Shown here: positions 57,304-64,000 of the stretch, piece by piece
How positions within the stretch are numbered: the first letter of the stretch is position 1
How the letters are laid out: every line of letters starts with the position of its first letter
Source of the DNA: an uncultured Erysipelotrichaceae bacterium
Lineage (GTDB): Bacteria > Bacillota_I > Bacilli_A > RF39 > UBA660
Reading direction: 5' to 3'
DNA: 64,000 bases
Assembly (NCBI GenBank): GCA_948442015.1
Contig: CAOJRP010000001.1
Location: forward strand, 29,617-93,616
The notes under the pieces: model-generated
Seen by the model: only the letters and a program-made list of their open reading frames with translations
Told to the model about the DNA's origin: nothing
The model's database searches: none
Position numbers and translations under genes: made by a program

Positions 57304-57767
57304 GGGGTAAAAAAAGAATAGTGATGCTTGTCAAGATATAATTACAAAAAAGTATAAAGCAAAAAAGATTTTAAAGATAATCAAAAATTTAAAAAAATAA
57401 TAGCAAATAAAGTTTACCTTTATTTGTAGGAATATTATTATTTATAATAACATCTCTATGATTCGAAGTAATTTGAGGGTTTTCTTTTCATAAACACATT
57501 TCCTTTAAATCCCCCTGAAGTTAAGTTTTTTCCAAAACCCTTGAGTAATCAAAGGCAAAACTGATACACTGCTTGTGTCTTAGACCGTACTATAACACAT
57601 GAAAAATAGCTTGTAAAATCACTATTTTTAGATTATTGAGACAAAAAAAGACAATAATCTTATTATTGCTTAGCAAAAATACAATTATTGTTTTAATATT
57701 TTGAGAATAATCCGAAAATTGGCAAATTCACTAAATTTTTAATTTAATGTCAAAATGTGTAAATAAA

Positions 57768-58427
57768 TTATTTTATTGAACTTTTCCTTACTATATATAT
57801 TTTCTTACACTTATAAAAAGCATAAAAAACATCTTTAACATCTAAGCCCTTACTACTTAATTTAGATAGTAACCACATTTTACTTTTCTTAATATTTCTT
57901 AAAGTACTTGTTTGTATTTGTCCATCTAAAACTAAAGGCATAGGATAAGCACTTCTAATTCTAAAAGGGTTATATTTAAAAATAGATAGTTTTCCATTAG
58001 GTTCTAAAAAAGCATATTCCACTTCTTCTAAGCTTTTTACTTCTTTTTGTCTTAAACTCATTAATAAGTCATCCATATTATATCTTTGCTTCGTTATTTC
58101 ACTATAATTTATTTTTCCATTACAAATAATAAGTGATGGTTTACCGCCAAAGATAGTTCGAAACTTTCTTGACTTAACAGCAATAAAAGCTAGAATTAAT
58201 TCAAGTATTACTAAAAGAGCAATTGGTACTACTGTAAGTAATAGAGAATCATTGATATTTTCAATTGAAATAGCTACTAATTCAGCTATTAAAATACTAA
58301 CTATTAAATCAATAATTCCTAATTGGCCAATCTCTCTTTTACCCATAATTCGATAAGATAAAACAATAAAGAAGTAGAAAAACAAAGTTTTTAAAATTAC
58401 AACAATTAAATCATGCATATTATTCAC
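57768..58427 (-). CDS. DUF421 (YetF/YdfS-like) membrane protein
   Basis: YRIMGKREIGQLGIIDLIVSILIAELVAI plus the C-terminal soluble domain typical of DUF421. Confidence 0.6.
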   Translation of the reverse strand: MNNMHDLIVVILKTLFFYFFIVLSYRIMGKREIGQLGIIDLIVSILIAELVAISIENINDSLLLTVVPIALLVILELILAFIAVKSRKFRTIFGGKPSLIICNGKINYSEITKQRYNMDDLLMSLRQKEVKSLEEVEYAFLEPNGKLSIFKYNPFRIRSAYPMPLVLDGQIQTSTLRNIKKSKMWLLSKLSSKGLDVKDVFYAFYKCKKIYIVRKSSIK

Positions 58428-58492
58428 CTAGTATTATTATGAACATGTTCTTATTTTTTTAAACATACATATAATTTCTTAGGTGATATTTT

Positions 58493-58854
58493 ATGAATAA
58501 AGTGTTAAATATTTTTAAAAAAACAGGAATATATCTAGGTATCTTTTTATTAATAATCTTCTTACTTGCACTACTAAGTTATTTTACTAATATTAGTATG
58601 AAAGTAATAAACTCTTTTATCTTCATACTAATGCTTACTACCCTTTTTATAACAGGTTTAAAATTTGGGAAAGCAAAAGAAAATAAAGGTTTATTACGAG
58701 GATTATTAGTTAGTTTTATTATTGTTTTTATTTTTTACATAGTAAGTGGCTTTATCGATACGTTTAAAATAGATATGAGTAAGTTAATTTATTATTTAAC
58801 TCTCATCTTAGCTTGTACTTTAGGTAGTGTTATTGGAGTAAATAAAAAGAAAAA

Positions 58855-58858
<4 letters not shown>
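58493..58858 (+). CDS. Small polytopic membrane protein (YrzE/TIGR04086-like)
   Basis: 121 aa with four hydrophobic helices. Confidence 0.45.
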
Positions 58859-60298
<1,440 letters not shown>

Positions 60299-60332
60299 TT
60301 ACATAATATTATATCAAAGAAAAAATAGTATC

Positions 60333-63300
60333 TTAACTATTTTTTACAATTTCAATATATACTTCATGACCATTTAAGTCAGAAATATCATTATTTTTCT
60401 TTTCTTTAACAATATCTATAGCTAAAGTTTCTTTCTTAATATATTCTGTAAACTTACCAACAACATTATCAATTATTTCATCTCCGCTATAATAAAGTGT
60501 TATTCTATCTTCGACATTAAAGTCTTTCATTTTACGTAAGTTTTGCACTTTAGATACCATTTCCCTAGCGATACCTTCTAAAATCAAATCATCTGTTAGA
60601 GTTGTATCTAGAATAATGAAGTTATTATTTTCCATTCCAACATTAAATCCAACTTTTGAAGATATTCTAATTTCCACCATATCACTAGTTATTGTTTTAT
60701 CTTCCCCACCTATATTCAAAGTAATAGGATTACCTTTTTGTAATTCAGAAATTTTATCAATACTTAAGTTTTCTAACAAACTCGCAAATTCTTTAATAAG
60801 TGGTCCAAAGACTTTACCAACTTCTTTAAAATTCGGTTTTAAAGTAATATTCATATATTCATTTAAGTCATTAACAAAAATTACTTCTTTAATATTTAAT
60901 TCTTCCTTAATTAAAGGAACTAAATCTTTAATTAATTCTTCATTTTTGCCATCTAAATAGCACTTCGATAGTGGCTGGCGCACCTTTATTTTTGTTTCTT
61001 CTCTAACATATCGACCAATCGAAATTAAATTTCTTACCAAATCCATTTTTTCTTCAATAGGATCATTGATTAATGTTTCTTCACATACTGGATAATCTTC
61101 TAAATGAACTGATTCTTTATTCGTTAAATTACGATACAATTCTTCCGAGATAAATGGAGTTATTGGAGCGATTAACTTCGAAATTCCCACTAAAACTTCA
61201 TAAGTAGTAATATAAACACTTTTCTTCGAATTATCTAACTCACTTCCCCAAAAACGATTTCTATTTCTTCTAATATACCAATTAGATAAGTCTTCAGATA
61301 CAAAAGTAGATAGATAATGAACGGCTTTATTTAAGTCGTATTCATCGAAAGATGCACGAACATCTCTAACTAATTTATTATATTTTGATAATAACCATAA
61401 ATCAATTTCTTCTCGATTTTCATAAGATACCTCACAATTATCAGTATCAATATTATCAATATTGGCGTACATCGCAAAAAATGAGTATGTATTCTTTAAA
61501 GGATTAAAGAATTTAGAATAAACTTCTTTTAGACCATCCAAAGAAAACTTAAGTGGTGTCCATACAGGTGAAACATAAGGAAGATAAAATCTAACTGTAT
61601 CAGCACCATACTCTTTCATTGTTGTAAAAGGTTCCACAATATTACCACGACTCTTACTCATTTTTTTACCTTCACCATCTAGTAATAAGTCATTAACTAA
61701 AACATTTTTAAATGGTGAACAACCTTTAACAAAAGTTGAGATAACCATTAAAGTATAGAACCACCCTCTTGTTTGGTCAATTCCTTCACAAATGAAGTCG
61801 GCTGGGAATTGACTTTCCCATAACTCTTTATTTTCAAATGGATAGTGATATTGAGCGAAAGGCATTGAACCAGAATCAAACCAACAATCTAAAACATCAG
61901 GTATTCGTGTCATCTCTTTACCACATTTTGGACATTTTAGGTGAACTTCATCAATATATGGTTTATGTAAATCAAGATTATCATCAAGTTTAGTAGTAGC
62001 CATACTTCTTAATTCCTCAATACTTCCCACCATATGGTTGTATCCGCATTCACATTTAAAGTATGGTATTGGACTACCCCAATAACGGCTTCTTGAAACG
62101 TTCCAATCTCTTGCATTAGCAAGCCAGTTAGCAAATCTTTTTTCGCCGACATATGCTGGATACCAATTAACTTGTTCATTAGCTTTAACTAAATCACTAG
62201 TCATCGCACTAACTTTAACATAATAACTAGGCATTGAGTAATATAAAAGTGGTGTATCACATCGCCAGCAATGCGGATATTCATGAGCAAGTTTTTGTTT
62301 TTTAAATAGTTTATCATTTTCTTTTAAATATAAAACAACTTCTTCATTAACATCGTGAACGAATTTTTTATCCCATAAGCCTCCAACATAACAGCCATCT
62401 TTACCTACTGGGTTTAGATAAGGTAAGTCATACTTTTTCCCAACATTCGCGTCATCTTCACCAAATGCAGGAGCAATATGGACAATACCTGTTCCATCTT
62501 CCATTGTGACATAATCATCTACTGTCACATAAAATGCTTTCTTATCTACCTCAAATGAAGGTATTAATTGTTCATACTCCATATATTCTAAATCTTTTCC
62601 TTGGTAAGTTTTCAATGTTGTAACTTCTTCACCTAAGACAGCATTTACTAATTTACTAGCTAGGATAAATTTTGTTCCTTTAGATTCAACTAAAGAGTAT
62701 TCTTCTGTAGGGTTAACACATAGCGCAACATTCGCAATTAATGTCCAAGGAGTTGTTGTCCAAACTAAAAAGTAAACATCTTCATCTTTTTTCTTAAATG
62801 GTACATAAACAGTAATTGCTGTATCAGTTTGATAGTTTTGAGCAACCTCGTGAGTAGCAAGACCTGTTCCACAATGTGGGCAGTAAGGTACTACTCTTGT
62901 TCCTTCATAGAACATATCTTTTTCATACATCTGTTTTAAAATCCACCATTCAGTTTCAATATATTCATTTTTATATGTTAGGTAAGGATTTTCTACATCA
63001 AAGAACTGTCCCATTTTTGCTGTTAAATCAGTAAAAGCAGATTCATTTTCTCGGACACTTTTACGGCATTCTTCGTTAAACTTGGCTACTCCTAATTCTT
63101 CAATCTCTTTTTTTGAAGTTATTCCAAGTTTCTTTTCCACATGATTTTCAATTGGAAGTCCATGAGTATCCCAACCTATTTTACGAATTACTTTTTCACC
63201 ATTCATTACATGATACTTTGTTACTGTATCTTTTAAGTTTTTGGCAACCATATGATGAAGTCCTGGAAAACCATTAGCAAATGCTGGGCCATCATAAAAG

Positions 63301-63431
63301 ACAAATGTGTTACCATTACTCCTTAGCTTAACTTGTTTATCATGCATAACATTAATACTTTTCCAAGAAGCTAATATTGATTCTTCCACCTCACTTACTG
63401 GTCTTTTGTCTAATTCTTTAAAATTTTTCAT
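60333..63431 (-). CDS. ileS: Isoleucyl-tRNA synthetase (long, ~1030-aa form)
   Basis: FYDGPAFANG..., KMSKS (KKMSKSRGN), editing domain. Translationally abutted by the upstream CYTH gene. Confidence 0.9.
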   Translation of the reverse strand: MKNFKELDKRPVSEVEESILASWKSINVMHDKQVKLRSNGNTFVFYDGPAFANGFPGLHHMVAKNLKDTVTKYHVMNGEKVIRKIGWDTHGLPIENHVEKKLGITSKKEIEELGVAKFNEECRKSVRENESAFTDLTAKMGQFFDVENPYLTYKNEYIETEWWILKQMYEKDMFYEGTRVVPYCPHCGTGLATHEVAQNYQTDTAITVYVPFKKKDEDVYFLVWTTTPWTLIANVALCVNPTEEYSLVESKGTKFILASKLVNAVLGEEVTTLKTYQGKDLEYMEYEQLIPSFEVDKKAFYVTVDDYVTMEDGTGIVHIAPAFGEDDANVGKKYDLPYLNPVGKDGCYVGGLWDKKFVHDVNEEVVLYLKENDKLFKKQKLAHEYPHCWRCDTPLLYYSMPSYYVKVSAMTSDLVKANEQVNWYPAYVGEKRFANWLANARDWNVSRSRYWGSPIPYFKCECGYNHMVGSIEELRSMATTKLDDNLDLHKPYIDEVHLKCPKCGKEMTRIPDVLDCWFDSGSMPFAQYHYPFENKELWESQFPADFICEGIDQTRGWFYTLMVISTFVKGCSPFKNVLVNDLLLDGEGKKMSKSRGNIVEPFTTMKEYGADTVRFYLPYVSPVWTPLKFSLDGLKEVYSKFFNPLKNTYSFFAMYANIDNIDTDNCEVSYENREEIDLWLLSKYNKLVRDVRASFDEYDLNKAVHYLSTFVSEDLSNWYIRRNRNRFWGSELDNSKKSVYITTYEVLVGISKLIAPITPFISEELYRNLTNKESVHLEDYPVCEETLINDPIEEKMDLVRNLISIGRYVREETKIKVRQPLSKCYLDGKNEELIKDLVPLIKEELNIKEVIFVNDLNEYMNITLKPNFKEVGKVFGPLIKEFASLLENLSIDKISELQKGNPITLNIGGEDKTITSDMVEIRISSKVGFNVGMENNNFIILDTTLTDDLILEGIAREMVSKVQNLRKMKDFNVEDRITLYYSGDEIIDNVVGKFTEYIKKETLAIDIVKEKKNNDISDLNGHEVYIEIVKNS

Positions 63432-63971
63432 CTATTTTTCCTCCATTTCAAAATTTAAATCGTGCATTGCGTCATAGCCATATTTATTATAGATACTTGA
63501 CACATCTAATGTTACTATTTTATCTTTTTCAATTCCTAACTTTTCTAAAGTTTTATAAACAGATTCTTCATCTTTTCCTTCTATTTCCATATATTCAGGT
63601 ATTAAAGGCCATTTATCTAAATCTATTTCTACTCCATCAAGAATGTATTGCGTTCTTTTATTTTCTTGATAGCCTCTATTTTTATAACCTAATTTTTCTA
63701 AGATTAAATTAGTCTTATCAAAGTCATCAACTACTATTTCTAATTCTTTAGTTCCATCAACTGTTTTTGCTTCAATATCTTTAATTGTTAAAGTTGTCTC
63801 TTTTCCGTTACTTCTTAGCCTTATCCAACTACTTTCTTTAACGGGAATAAAATCATAAACGTACCTTCTTTGTAAAGCAGAAAACTTTTTTAAAGCTTTT
63901 AAACCTTCCAGTTTTTTAACCATCTCATCATGATCAATTTCTAATATTCTCACTTCATATTCAGTATGCAT
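63432..63971 (-). CDS. CYTH-domain protein (CyaB/thiamine-triphosphatase-like)
   Basis: N-terminal EYEVRILEID (the ExExK-type start of CYTH). 179 aa. Confidence 0.55.
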   Translation of the reverse strand: MHTEYEVRILEIDHDEMVKKLEGLKALKKFSALQRRYVYDFIPVKESSWIRLRSNGKETTLTIKDIEAKTVDGTKELEIVVDDFDKTNLILEKLGYKNRGYQENKRTQYILDGVEIDLDKWPLIPEYMEIEGKDEESVYKTLEKLGIEKDKIVTLDVSSIYNKYGYDAMHDLNFEMEEK

Positions 63972-64000
63972 AACACTCCTTCTTTCTAATAAAAAAGTCC

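Overview
This is a very AT-rich (roughly 27-30% GC) Firmicutes-type chromosomal window. It reads in the standard genetic code: long ORFs contain no in-frame TGA, and Trp is encoded by TGG. Almost all genes are on the minus strand. The housekeeping backbone shows Bacillus-like synteny and includes several sporulation genes (spoIIM, sirA-like, spoIVB), so the organism is probably a low-GC spore former (Erysipelotrichia or Clostridia type). Recognisable genes, in coordinate order: xerD-family recombinase (5' partial), zupT, a frameshifted VanY-like peptidase, mnmA, spoIIM, a SAM methyltransferase, a capsule phosphoregulatory module (Wzz, BY-kinase, PHP phosphatase), yneF, sirA-like, tkt, a ugtP-like glycosyltransferase, lexA with a divergent small membrane gene, spoIVB, xseB/xseA, nusB, mutS, parC and parE separated by a membrane-protein gene, a DUF421 protein, tgt, ileS and a CYTH protein. 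Two accessory blocks stand out. (1) A roughly 9-kb minus-strand locus (21900-30815) encodes two SipW-type (archaeal/ER-type) signal peptidases interleaved with putative SipW-cognate secreted proteins. One is a small, GC-richer subunit with a very strong RBS and a hairpin on each side; the others are larger surface proteins. The locus opens with a 676-aa membrane protein carrying four tandem Cys/His zinc-ribbon-like repeats. A consensus TTGACA-16-TATAAT promoter sits at the 3' end of wzx, so the locus is driven independently of the EPS genes. It lies directly downstream of a six-gene EPS cluster (three glycosyltransferases, Wzy, DUF1919, Wzx) and ends at a terminator hairpin next to an IS1182-family transposase remnant. 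I read it as a TasA/BsaA-like extracellular fibre or matrix system with duplicated sipW. (2) Three paralogous surface-protein genes (47900-48796, 55285-56181, 56304-57239) flank parE-parC. They share identical signal-anchor N-termini, conserved C-terminal tails and mosaic variable middles. Each is driven by a conserved promoter whose TTGACC -35 and TATAAT -10 are separated by a poly-G tract of 8, 8 and 7 nt. That is the classic architecture for slipped-strand promoter phase variation, and it looks like a novel phase-variable surface-antigen family. Smaller observations: a G7 tract inside the wzx coding region, an A-run +1 frameshift splitting the VanY-like gene, an unannotated DUF4044-like micro-ORF, an orphan Phd/YefM-like gene, two HExxH proteins and an uncharacterised three-gene set downstream of the capsule phosphoregulatory genes.
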